Shown here: positions 26,069 to 38,722 of the stretch, piece after piece | How the letters are laid out: every line of letters begins with the position of its first letter | How positions within the stretch are numbered: the first letter of the stretch is position 1 | NCBI GenBank assembly: GCA_951406725.2 | Contig: OX597820.1 | Coordinates: 122,760,001 to 122,824,000 of the forward strand | Source of the DNA: Octopus vulgaris | Taxonomy: Eukaryota | Direction: 5' to 3' | Length of the DNA: 64,000 nt | The notes under the pieces: generated by a model | Seen by the model: only the letters and a program-made list of their open reading frames with translations | Told to the model about the DNA's origin: nothing | Databases searched by the model: none | Position numbers and translations under genes: made by a program

Positions 26069-26494
26069 CATGGAGTTATAGTAACATAACTTCGTCCTGT
26101 ATAGGATTGCCACATTCTGTTGATATATATATAGTTAATCCAAACATGAAAACACATATATATATATATATAAATACAAAATGGGACAAGAACGCAAAAC
26201 TTCGAGAAGACGATACAAAAAACACAGACGCCTTTAATCTTCAGTCAAGAACCGGATCATCCTCGCAATTACATACACATACATATACATACATATATAT
26301 AAATATATACATACATACATATACATACATACATATACATACATACACATACATACATATATATACATACATACATATATATACATACATACATATATAT
26401 ACATACATCCATATATATACATACATCCATATATATATACATATATATACATACATACATATATATACATACATACATATATATACATACATGC

Positions 26495-26549
<55 letters not shown>

Positions 26550-26661
26550 CATGTATATGTGTTGAAAAATATCGTTATAGGTATAAAAATACCATAAACA
26601 TTTATAGAAAAAAGGAGGAGAAAAAGATGTTGAATCAAAATTAGATTTAATACAAAATAGG

Positions 26662-26770
26662 ATTCAATACATACGCGCGTTTCAAAGGACAATAGAAATA
26701 TGTAGGAAAAATATTATAACCATAGTAATTATAATTAAATTTATACCTTGTCATTTTCATCAGTGTGAAT
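26662..26770 (-). ncRNA. minimal type I hammerhead ribozyme motif with long loop II
   Basis: Minus strand reads attcaca-CTGATGA-aaatgacaa..long loop..ttgtccttt-GAAA-c gcgc g-TA-tgtattgaat. The core is canonical and loop III is the palindrome GCGC. Confidence 0.7.
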
Positions 26771-27398
26771 AATTTTTGTAAGGACATCAGTGTGAATAAT
26801 TTTTGTAAGGACATCAGAAAATGTTGAATACAATAAAGAAATGCAAATAAGATACAATAAGGGAGAATACAAATGGGGTAATACATGCAAAGGAAAAAAA
26901 CAAACTGAACTTAAGGGAAAAACATCGATGTTTTTTCCTTGTTAAGTTCACTCTGTATGTACATTTTTATTTTAATCATGTAACTTTTTTCCAATCATAG
27001 TCTTGTCTATCACGTATTACCCTCGTGTATAATATATATACATATATTTTTTCATTTTTCAATATTAATATTTTATGTATAACTCTCCATGGTTTTTGTC
27101 TACTAGTTCACATGTTACGTTATATTCTACTAAACACACATGGCCCTGTTTATTATACTTCGTCTCGCCCTGTTACCACTTTTTTAATCATACACGTTAG
27201 CTTTTCATTCTTATTTTTATGTTATAGTTTACTGTCTTTTTTCTCTTTCGTCTCTCTCATTGTTAGTTTATCCTTTTTACAACTTGCTTGTAAATATCCG
27301 ATTTATGTATGTTACCTCTTTTGTATTCTTTCTTATTGTATCTTATTTTAATTTAATTTATTTAATTAAACCTTTTTTGGGTGTCCTTCCAAAAATTC

Positions 27399-27506
27399 TT
27401 CACATTGATGAAAATGACAATGCATAAATTTAATTATAATTACTATGGTTATAATTTTTTCCTTACATATTTGTATTGTCCTTTGAAACACGCGTATGTA
27501 TTGAAT
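27399..27506 (+). ncRNA. mutated copy of the 26662-26770 hammerhead motif
   Basis: ttcaca-TTGATGA-aaatgacaa...ttgtccttt-GAAA-c acgc g-TA-tgtattgaa. The core has C3>T and the palindrome is broken. Confidence 0.5.
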
Positions 27507-27939
27507 CCTATTTTGTATTAAATATAATTTTCATTCAACATCTTTTCCTCTTCCATTTTTCTATAACGATATTTTTCAACTACTATTTTCATATTCTTAT
27601 TATTTACTCTGGCTGTCTCTCGTGAATATGATGAATCTTTATTAGAAATCATTCTTTCTCTCCTTTTGGACCTCTCAAAATGTTTGAATTGTTCTCATTA
27701 GAACTTACTTTTTTCCATACATACATACATACATATATATATATACATATATATATACATGTATATATATACATGTATATATATATACACACCCATTTAA
27801 TTTAATAGTTGTCTCTCTCTATATATGCATATGTATAAGTGTATATATATAATATGTATGAATATATATGTTTATGTACATGTAGATATACATATGTGTG
27901 TATATTTTATCTGTAAATATATGTATACATATATATACA

Positions 27940-27978
<39 letters not shown>

Positions 27979-28164
27979 TTTGATACTTTGATACTTTGAT
28001 AGGTTTCGGCCATTATTGGCCCAGGCCATGTCTAACTTAATAGCACCACCTGGTAATATATATATATATATACATATATATATACATACATACATATATA
28101 CATACATACATACATATATACATACATAATACATACATATATATATACATACATACATACATAC

Positions 28165-28208
<44 letters not shown>

Positions 28209-29941
28209 GTGTGTATATATAATATTTAACAGGCTTCCTGTGAAAATATCACATATTTATTACTCCAGTATGAAGAGCATCATTATACGAGGTCAACACC
28301 AAAAGCCTAATTCCAGTTGCAACTGTCGAGACACAGGATCCTGAAGAAACGGAATAACGCAGCCATAAAGCACAGCTTGTTCTAGAATGAAACAACGCCG
28401 GAATAAACGTAGAAAGTAATTATTTTAAACTAAAGACCTGTTTGAACAGGTTGAAAATGTTCTGTATGTATTTTATTGAATGTAACAGTTTTATCACACA
28501 CACACACACACCACGCACATACATACACACACACAAACGCTCACACATACACACACAAATGTGCATTCTTTTGTTTGGATGAGCTTTCACAGCCATACTG
28601 GAGCATCACCTTGCACGTAAGCGGATGTCTTTCACTTATAAACATGAGTGACAAATCCGCAAAGCGAATGATATTCTAACTGAACCCCTTGTGATATTTA
28701 TTCTGTACCGAGTTACATCCACTCCTTTGTCACTGAAGTCTTCAGAAACGCAGTAAGCAACTGATTGGCCCATTGTAAACCTGCAACTAACGGTGCTTAT
28801 TGTTCGTCCTGTGCGAATATAAAACGTTAAGTAAATAAATAAAATATGTCTATATAGAACTTCTGTTAAATAAAGTGTGCTCATTGTCATTTGTGTTTGT
28901 TCAGAGATGCACGATTTCAAAAACGTTTGATTTTTCTGTTGCTTTCCTGGCAAATAAAGCAATCTTTTATATTGTTATTATTGTTATTCTTATTGTGATT
29001 ATGTTAAAAACCATTATCATTATTAATCTTATTGAGTTTGTTGGTGGGGATAAGCATCGACAGCGAACTGATATTGTGTGAGCTGTTGCCGTTTGTGTTG
29101 CTAGCTATTGATTTTTGTGCACACGTATGAATTGATGTGTGTACGTGTGTTTGTAGGTATCAATGTAAGTGTGAATGCATTGTTGCATGTATATATGTAT
29201 ATATTCTGTATGTTTGTGTGCTTATAAGTGTGCATGAGTGCATATATGTATGAATGTGTGTATGTGCGTATGTATATATCTAAATACATATGTATGCGTG
29301 AATAAACGTATCTATGTATGTATAGATGTATATATATATATATATATATATGCATGTATGTATATGTATGTGTTGCCTGTGATAGTAATGGTGACGGTAT
29401 TTAGTGGTGGAGAGGTGGATAATGGTGGAGGTGTTCTTTTTGCATGCGCTGTGTATGTGCGTGCGTGGTTATGTGTGTGTGTATGTGTGGTGTGTGCGTG
29501 TGTGTGTGTGTTTACATCTTAGCCCTAATGAACTGCTGCTATCACGTGTAAGACGATCTAATTTCACCGGACTCGATACAGAAGATCGATTCTCTGCCTT
29601 CCTTTGGCCGGGAAAGGCCGGCAGTCAACCTGTCAGAATCTTCTTCATATCGAGTAGCTTATTCCGTTCAAACAGTTCCTGAATAAGGGTTGTTTCTGGA
29701 TGATGAACAAAACACCGATGTTTCCAGATGTGAATTATACAAACATCAAAAGATTCAGCTCAGCCACTAAGGAACATGGTCAGATGGTTATGGTCAAACA
29801 AATGACAAGCAAATTTGTGGTATCCAGCAAAATATTTAATGGACTTCTTTCACAATAAGGCAAAAAAATGTGCTTGATAACAATTCCGAACCAGTCAAGA
29901 TGCGAGGTCACGAGAGCCACTACCTTGTACTGATTCAGCGG

Positions 29942-29957
29942 ATTATTATTATTATTA

Positions 29958-30054
<97 letters not shown>

Positions 30055-30064
30055 CATTATTATT
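29942..30064. repeat. (ATT)n microsatellite preceding the array
   Basis: Directly visible. It gives the poly-Ile ORF. Confidence 0.95.
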
Positions 30065-30068
30065 TATT

Positions 30069-30578
30069 GTCTTTGCACAGCTTCTAACGCTGGAGGTGTA
30101 CTACGATGCCAGCTGTTCACTACCAGTGAACTATGGTAACACTCCTTGTTTTTCGAGCAACGTCCGGAGTATTCGAACAGATCAAAACTGCAGTCTTCTG
30201 CAGGTGCTCCACCCTTATTATTATCATTATTATTATCATTATTATTTATTGTCTTTGCACAGCTTCTAACGCTGGAGGTGTACTACGATGCCAGCTGTTC
30301 ACTACCAGTGAACTATGGTAACACTCCTTGTTTTTCGAGCAACGTCCGGAGTATTCGAACAGATCAAAACTGCAGGCTTCTGCAGGTGCTCCACCCTTAT
30401 TATTATCATTATTATTATCATTATTATTTATTGTCTTTGCACAGCTTCTAACGCTGGAGGTGTACTACGGTGTCAGCTGTTCACTACCAGTGAACTATGG
30501 TAACACTCCTTGTTTTTCGAGCAACGTCCGGAGTATTCGAACAGATCAAAACTGCAGTCTTCTGCAGGTGCTCCACCC

Positions 30579-30619
<41 letters not shown>

Positions 30620-31315
30620 TATTGTCTTTGCACAGCTTCTAACGCTGGAGGTGTACTACGATGCCAGCTGTTCACTACCAGTGAACTATGGTAACACTCC
30701 TTGTTTTTCGAGCAACGTCCGGAGTATTCGAACAGATCAAAACTGCAGTCTTCTGCAGGTGCTCCACCCTTATTATTATCATTATTATTATCATTATTAT
30801 TTATTGTCTTTGCACAGCTTCTAACGCTGGAGGTGTACTACGATGCCAGCTGTTCACTACCAGTGAACTATGGTAACACTCCTTGTTTTTCGAGCAACGT
30901 CCGGAGTATTCGAACATATCAAAACTGCAGTCTTCTGCAGGTGCTCCACCCTTATTATTATCATTATTATTATTATTATTATTTATTGTCTTTGCACAGC
31001 TTCTAACGCTGGAGGTGTACTACGATGCCAGCTGTTCACTACCAGTGAACTATGGTAACACTCCTTGTTTTTCGAGCAACGTCCGGAGTATTCGAACAGA
31101 TCAAAACTGCAGTCTTCTGCAGGTGCTCCACCCTTATTATTATCATTATTATTATCATTATTATTTATTGTCTTTGCACAGCTTCTACCGCTGGAGGTGT
31201 ACTACGATGCCAGCTGTTCACTACCAGTGAACTATGGTAACACTCCTTGTTTTTCGAGCAACGTCCGGAGTATTCGAACAGATCAAAACTGCAGTCTTCT
31301 GCAGGTGCTCCACCC

Positions 31316-31359
<44 letters not shown>

Positions 31360-32094
31360 TATTGTCTTTGCACAGCTTCTAACGCTGGAGGTGTACTACG
31401 ATGCCAGCTGTTCACTACCAGTGAACTATGGTAACACTCCTTGTTTTTCGAGCAACGTCCGGAGTATTCGAACATATCAAAACTGCAGTCTTCTGCAGGT
31501 GCTCCACCCTTATTATTATTATTATTATTAATATTATTATTATTATTATTATTATTATTTATTGTCTTTGCACAGCTTCTAACGCTGGAGGTGTACTACG
31601 ATGCCAGCTGTTCACTACCAGTGAACTATGGTAACACTCCTTGTTTTTCGAGCAACGTCCGGAGTATTCGAACAGATCAAAACTGCAGTCTTCTGCAGGT
31701 GCTCCACCCTTATTATTATTATTATTAATATTATTATTATTATTATTATTATTATTTATTGTCTTTGCACAGCTTCTAACGCTGGAGGTGTACTACGATG
31801 TCAGCTGTTCACTACCAGTGAACTATGGTAACACTCCTTGTTTTTCGAGCAACGTCCGGAGTATTCGAACAGATCAAAACTGCAGTCTTCTGCAGGTGCT
31901 CCACCCTTATTATTATTATTATTATTATTATTATCATTATTATTTATTGTCTTTGCACAGCTTCTAACGCTGGAGGTGTACTACGGTGCCAGCTGTTCAC
32001 TACCAGTGAACTATGGTAACACTCCTTGTTTTTCGAGCAACGTCCGGAGTATTCGAACAGATCAAAACTGCAGTCTTCTGCAGGTGCTCCACCC

Positions 32095-32132
<38 letters not shown>

Positions 32133-32283
32133 TATTGTCTTTGCACAGCTTCTAACGCTGGAGGTGTACTACGATGCCAGCTGTTCACTACCAGTGAACT
32201 ATGGTAACACTCCTTGTTTTTCGAGCAACGTCCGGAGTATTCGAACAGATCAAAACTGCAGTCTTCTGCAGGTGCTCCACCCA
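30069..32283 (-). repeat. 12-unit tandem array of an R4/Dong-like LINE 3' end (~146-bp constant core) with variable (ATT)n spacers
   Basis: Periods from the ORF track starts are 182, 182, 191, 182, 182, 182, 194, 200, 197, 188 and 188. The core is homologous to 843-980 and the last unit continues into the LINE body. Confidence 0.95.
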
Positions 32284-32735
32284 TATTGCAGCCCATATTT
32301 GTTCCATGTACTTCTCAAGATGTTTACTCACTGCTCCGTCAATTATTGGTATTACTACCAACTCTTTCAGCGACCACAACTGCTTAACCTTCCAAGCTGG
32401 CCTGTTGTATCTGTCGATTTTCCTTTCTTCTTTATCGCATAACTTGTTGTCATCTGAGCATGCTATATCTATGATCCAGCATTGTTTGTTTCTTTCGCAA
32501 TTAACTCTATGTTTGGCTTCCTATTCTCTATCTCATGGTCGCACTGAATCATAAATCCCACAGTATCTTTGCATTATCATTTTCGATGATGCCTTCGGGC
32601 TTGTGGTCGTACCACCTTTTTGCTCCCTCAAGTCCGTACTTGTTGCAAAGTGTAAAAGGACAATCCTTGATGTCGATTTGTCCATTTCTCTTATACGTTT
32701 TCTGGACTAGACTATTGGACTGTAATATGCCATAG
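32137..32735 (-). mobile_element. 5'-truncated R4/Dong-type LINE, parent of the array
   Basis: Minus strand encodes LWSLKELVVIPIIDGAVSKHLEKYMEQIWAAIWVEHLQKTAV and is colinear with 843-1270. Confidence 0.85.
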
Positions 32736-33219
32736 GTTTCACCCTTTTGAAATTCTGCACGTATTTGTTTGTGATCAGTCTGGTAGATATATTTTTGAAG
32801 ACAGAAACAATATGCTCATAAAAGTTTTAAGTAATATGACAAAACTGAACTCAGTCCGATTTTAACTTATTAGTTTTTCAGCCAGTCTATTAAGAGAGTT
32901 TGTATGGCAGTGTTCAAGTGTACGGGAGCCGGTGTGCAGTGAGCTCAAAATTGCGGGAAAATATAGAAAGTTGTGACAAAGATCAGCAGTTCTTACTTTG
33001 TGCCATGTGGAAGCGGTTTTTCGTATAAGACGAACATCGTCAGATCTCGAAGTTGAGCCCACGCTGCTCAACCACACTGTGTCTACGTATATCTCTCTCT
33101 CCTATAAGGATGGTTCCGTGCACAGCTGTGCAGACCAGAATATTTTAAAGGCAGAAGACGAGGAAGAAAGGAAGGACCAAACACTTACGATTGGAAGTGA
33201 AAATAATCCACAGAACCTC

Positions 33220-33325
33220 AAAAGTCAGTGTGGAACCTATTGTGATTGGCGCAGTTGGGACCATCCAAGCATGGCTTGGATAGATTATCGAAAGGTTTTT
33301 GACAGTATTCCCCCCATACATGGAT
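33220..33325 (+). mobile_element. small R4-type LINE fragments
   Basis: VEPIVIGAVGTI (endonuclease C-terminal) lies next to SMAWIDYRKVFDSIP (RT motif). Confidence 0.5.
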
Positions 33326-33489
33326 TAATGACAATAATAGTAATTGTTGCAGTAACAACAACAACAACAACAACAAGCAAAACCCTAGCAGCACCATCAA
33401 CACATTAACATCAACATCTGCAACAACAGCGACAACAATAACTGCAACAGCATCTCTGGTAATATCGGCAAATGAATGCATACATATCC

Positions 33490-33910
33490 TCCTTCTACTT
33501 CTGTTCCGCCTCCACATCCTCCTCCTCCTCCTCCTCATCATCATCATCATCCCCCTCCTCTTCCTCCCCTTCCCCCTTCCCCTCTTCCTCCTCTTCTTCC
33601 TTCCCCCTCTTCCTCCACTTCTTCTTCCTCCTCCGCCTCTTCATCCTCCACATCATCATTATCATCATCATCATCATCATCATCATCCTCATCCTGCTCA
33701 TCCTCCTCTTCCTCCTCCACATCATCATTATCCTCCTCCTCCTCCTCCTCCTCTCATCATCATCATCATCAACAGCATTGTTTTCTCGTCAGGTGGTAAT
33801 CCTATGGAACTGCTCTTAGATGCCCCCGTTTGCTTCAATTCCTCTCATCTCCCTACTTCTCCTCCCCTCCATCCTCCTCCTCATTATCATCATCATCATC
33901 ATCATCGTTA
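33490..33910. repeat. (CCT)n/(CAT)n low-complexity tract
   Basis: Directly visible. Confidence 0.9.
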
Positions 33911-34142
33911 TCTCCCCCCTGCAGAAAACAAGACTCGTTGCTACATCAATTTCCACAAAAATTGAAAGAAATGATGTTATCCCTGGCATTAAACCGAAAC
34001 CGAGCTTCGCTCCCTGTTCTGCCACCATTACTTGTCCCCTTCATCACAAACACAACAGCTACAATCTCTCTTAAGAAGATCCCCTTTTCGCCTGCACCAC
34101 CTTACCCCATTCTATCACTGGTACAACTAACATCAAGATGAT

Positions 34143-34380
34143 ATTTGTTTCTTTACTACCCACAAGGGGCTAAACATAGAGGGGACAAATTAAGGACAGA
34201 CAAACGAATTAAGTTGATTACATCGACCCCAGTGCGTAACTGGTACTTAATTTATCGACCCCGAAAGGATGAAAGGCAAAGTCGACCTCGGCGGAATTTG
34301 AACCCAGAACGTAACGGCAGACAAAATACGGCTACGCATTTTGCGACCGGCGTGCTGACGGTTCTGCCAGCTCACCGCCT
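34143..34380 (-). mobile_element. SINE family C
   Basis: Full-length match to 221-449. Confidence 0.88.
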
Positions 34381-34434
34381 TAAGATAATATTACCACCAT
34401 CACTGTCATCGCCATCACTACTACTACTGCTCTG

Positions 34435-34505
<71 letters not shown>

Positions 34506-35404
34506 ACTGCACTACTGCTACTACTACTACTGCTGCTGCTACTGCTGCTGCTGCTACTGCTGCTGTGTCATTTTGCTCTCTCTCTTTCTACTACTACTGC
34601 TGTGTGCTGTTCATCTCATCTTCTACTACTCTCTGCTGCTCTCTCTCCCTCCTACCACACAACAACACAGTTTCTCGCTGTCTCTCTTCTACAAACAGAT
34701 GTTCGTCCTCTCTGTGCTCTTTCTGTCTTTGTTAAGATATCACCATAATCACTCTGGATACTACCCCCATCACCACAACCACCACCACCATCATCAACAA
34801 CAACAAAAACAACACCACTTTTGCTAATATCATCAACAATATCACCCCACCACCAAATATGCTACTGCTGCTGTCCCCAATTTGACAAGGTACGGCACCA
34901 CAGGAATTTACCAGACCACCATTACCGTCGCCACCGTCATCACCACTATCACCCCAACACACACACATTACCACTATTATCATTAGAACAACTACCACCA
35001 CCACCACCACCACCACCGCCAGTACAACAACAACAACGACAACAATCACTACTATCACCGCCACTGTCCCCCTCCCCACCATTACCATTACCATCACCGT
35101 CACCTTAATAGCAACAGCAACAACAATCGTATGACCCAACATCAGAAGATTGAGAATTCTTTGGGGAGTTCAAAATTATGCAACAAGACTTTGAGTCTTT
35201 CAACATCAAATATTGACCCCCTCCCCCTTCTGAACAACACAACCGAACCCCCCCCCCCCCCCAGCAAATAACAATAATGAAAAAATACAATAACAATACA
35301 TATGCAATAAAAAATAACAACGAAAGCAGAAATATTAATAAAGAATTTTGGGGAAAAAAAAGCCAAAAATGTGAAAAGAGAAACGAGAATTGAAACAACA
35401 GTTG

Positions 35405-35870
35405 CAACACCACCACCCTCACCACCAACGCCACCACCATCACCACCACCACCACAAACGCCACCACCACCACGAACGCCACCACCATCACCACCACCAC
35501 CACCACCACAAACGCCACCACCACCACCATCAGCACCACCACCACTACCACCACCACCAACGCTACCACCACAACCAACACCACCACCATCACCACTACC
35601 ACCACCATCACCAACGCTACCAACACCACCACCACCAACGCTACCACCACAACCAACACCACCACCATCACCACTACCACCACCATCACCACCACCAACG
35701 CTACCAACACCACCACCACCACCACCACCACCACCGCCACCAACGCTACCAACACCACCACCACCACGAACGCCATCACCATCACCACCACCACCACGAA
35801 CGCCACTACCATCACCATCACCATCACCACCACCATTACCACCACCACCATCACCACCACCAACAACAAC
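35405..35870. repeat. degenerate (CCA)n trinucleotide tract
   Basis: Directly visible. It is open in several frames (poly-P, poly-H, poly-G, poly-V). Confidence 0.9.
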
Positions 35871-36119
35871 GATAAGGACAGCAGTGGAAATAAACAAAAT
35901 AATGATAATAATAATAATAATGATACTAGCAACAGCAACAGAGAATGCAAGAGTTTAACAATTGCAACGATGATATTTCAAATCAAGAAAATAAGAAAAC
36001 AATAAAACGAACAGCAGGCATGCACGCTCGTGCAACGATACGTACACAGAACTACGTATGCCATCAATTCACGCACATACATAATTCAATATACACGCAT
36101 ATATACTCTTGCACACAGA

Positions 36120-36536
36120 TATGAGTCTCAAGCATTTGTCTTATGAAGAAAGACTGAAGACGCTCGACCTTTATTCTCTCGAAAAACGCTGCTGCCGTGG
36201 TGATCTCATTCTCGCTCACAACATTATAAGTGGAAAGTGCAACCTCTCGAAAGAGCTGTTCTTCAATCCTGCTCCAGAGTGTCGGCTGCAGGGTCACTCC
36301 GAAAAGCTCTATCTACGACGATTTCATCTCAATCGAAGGAGAGGAGCTTTCTCCGTCCGGGTTGCGGATCTGTGGAATAAGCTGCCGGACGAGATAGTGA
36401 AGATGCTGACGACCGCTCGATTCAAAGTCTCTCTTGACCAGATATGGCCTGAACTCTTTGCCTGAACACCCTCTCTATCCCCCTACATGGCCTTGCTTTT
36501 GCTTTTTGAGCCAATAAAAACTGAATTGAATTGAAT
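36120..36536 (+). mobile_element. 3' end of a CR1-type LINE
   Basis: LSYEERLKTLDLYSLEKR..RGDLI..GHSEKL..FSVRVADLWNKLP, then AATAAA and an (ATTGA)n tail. Confidence 0.88.
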
Positions 36537-37033
36537 ATAGAAACGTTGAGAGAAATGATGATGAGCAGAATTGAGACCGAAACTAATGTCGAGATATGAA
36601 AAGTTGGAGTGTGACATACATATGAGTGTGTATATGTGTATATGTGAGTGTGTATATGTGTATATGTGTATATGTGTATATGTGAGTGTATATATGTGTG
36701 CATGTGAGTGTATATATGTGTGCATGTGTCTATGCTGATATGCATATGTGGTGAGGTTGTTTGTGGTTGTTGCTGTTGATGAGACTCTAGCATTGAAGGA
36801 TGGCTAAGGAATCTTCGCCATTCCAGGTTCGGTCCGACAACAAAGAATTGTAAGGCAACAAAGAATTGTTGCCTCATCCATTGTCAGTGAAACCGGGTGG
36901 ACGAGAACTAAGTGGGGAAGGGCGGCCAGATGGAGTCTTACACGAAAGGGGCTGCCTTGAAAGCACCACGTTATGTCCTGATGATCAGGTTAAAAGAGTG
37001 GATGTCAGAGGTACATACTTACATACATACATA

Positions 37034-37553
37034 CCGTAAGTCTTCGAGTATAGTCCGTCCTTGAGTATAATACGCAGGCGATTTTTAGGGGGCTGTGCTT
37101 CTGAAAAACCTAAACCTTGTGTATAATACGCACCACTTCTCTAACTTGAGTCGTACGTAATTACACCAGCAGCACCTAGTCGAACAAACACTTACGTGCA
37201 TGCGTAATACAATAGTGGTGATGTTCTTAACTGTTATATGGGAATGTAAATATGTTTGCAAATTGTTTTTGTTATGATATTCTGTGTTTTGAATACTTTT
37301 GTTTTAATAAATGTTGCTTACTGCAAGTTATGGATGATTCTTTTATGACTTCATTGCTTTCAGGCTTAGTTTAAGATATTTTCGCGTCCGACATCACAAA
37401 ATGCGTCTGAATAAATATTGCCGGACAGCAAATAGAGACTCGGACATTGCTTAGAAAATAGTTTTCATTTTTGACCTCGTATATAGTACGCACTAGGGAT
37501 TTTTACCTTTAAATTTTGGGGAAAAAATGCGAATTATACACGAAGATTTACGG
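37034..37553. mobile_element. non-autonomous Tc1/mariner-pogo-like MITE in (ACAT)n
   Basis: TA|CCGTAAGTCTTCGAGTATA...TATACACGAAGATTTACGG|TA: TIRs with a TA TSD. Confidence 0.85.
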
Positions 37554-37941
37554 TACATACATACATACATACATACATACATACATACATACATACATAC
37601 ACACATAATACATACATCCATACATACATAAATACATACATACATACATACATACATACATACATACAGTATTGTTTCACTCTTTCGCTGAATGGCCATG
37701 TGTTGGCCCTCTTTAGAAAGTTACATTTGAACAAACTTAAGAAGTGTAACACAAATGCTGTTACGTAATGAGTAATATCGTAGAATAATGTGATGTTCTA
37801 TGGTGTAATGTGTAGTGTTTTAGCGTAGCATGTACTACTATAGTATAATGTAAATACATAATATGTTATAAAGTACTGCAATATATGATATTGAAGTGAA
37901 GAGTGTTACAGTGCAGGGTAGCATGTAATATTGATTACAAA

Positions 37942-38140
37942 TGTTGGCACAAGGCCAGCAATTTCGGGGGCGGGAGATTACATCGATCCAGTGCTCAATC
38001 AGATTATACTCATTTTGTCGACCCCGAAAGGATAAAAGTCAAAGTCGACCTCGGTGGCATTTGAACACAGAGCATAAAGACGGACGAAATGCCTGTAAGC
38101 ATCTTGTCCGGCGAGCTAATGATTCTGCCAGCTCGCCGCC
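37942..38140 (-). mobile_element. diverged SINE family C copy (alternative tail GGCACAAGGCC)
   Basis: Head CTGCCAGCTCGCCGCC at about 38125-38140 and body AAAGTCGACCTCGG. Confidence 0.8.
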
Positions 38141-38333
38141 ATACTTGGGTAATATACAACAATACTGCATTCTCATATGTAACATTGTGGTACAACGTGT
38201 AATTTTATCATGTAATGATTAATGTTTTCGTGTAATGCAGAACAATAATGTAGAAGCGGATAATGTAGTGCAATGCGTAAAACTTTCATGTAATGGGTGA
38301 TGTTTTAGTGTAAAGTATAACCGTGTTGTGTAA

Positions 38334-38722
38334 TCTTTATATATAAAAGTGAAGTTGTGTGTCTGTCTCCTACGATTTAGATTCCTAACTACTCCCACAT
38401 TTTGCGGTGCAGTTTAACTAAAAGCGGGTATCTTATAGTCGTGATTCATATCGAGCCCTTCTGGGTATTAGCGCGCGTCTACGGTGAGTCTACGATTTTT
38501 AAAATAATTTACCATCATTTTTTCTATTTTAATGCATATTTTTTTAATATAAGGGAAGTAACTCTCTAAAAATGTCTACGATGAGTCAACGATTCAAAAA
38601 AAAATTACCATAATTTTTTTCATTTTTAATGCATTTTTTGCTATTTTTTGGCTACAACTCTCTAAAAATGCTTTATAGTTATTTCCCTTACAAACCCGAG
38701 CAACGCCGAGCGATACTGCTAG
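38334..38722 (+). mobile_element. non-autonomous Helitron
   Basis: A|TC 5' end, subterminal hairpin CCCGAGCAACGCCGAG and CTAG|T 3' end. Its termini are shared with 43344-44178. Confidence 0.88.

Larger units (their letters stand above)
26561..27715. mobile_element. probable Penelope-like element terminal repeats in inverted arrangement, embedded in microsatellite
   Basis: 26561-26890 is a diverged reverse complement of about 27305-27580. A palindrome lies at 26906-26950 and each arm carries a hammerhead core. Confidence 0.65.

Noticed and set aside
30069-32283. CRISPR-like repeat-spacer appearance
   Set aside because: The repeats are ~146 bp and LINE-derived, the spacers are only (ATT)n, there are no cas genes and the context is eukaryotic.
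29870-32554. Repeated plus-strand ORFs with poly-Ile/Leu/Tyr as membrane peptides
   Set aside because: They are antisense to the LINE frame and the homopolymer runs come from the microsatellite. The 182-bp period breaks frame.
35105-35958. Extensin-like Pro-rich, Gly-rich or His-rich protein
   Set aside because: A degenerate (CCA)n tract is open in most frames. There is no signal peptide, splice context or unique domain.
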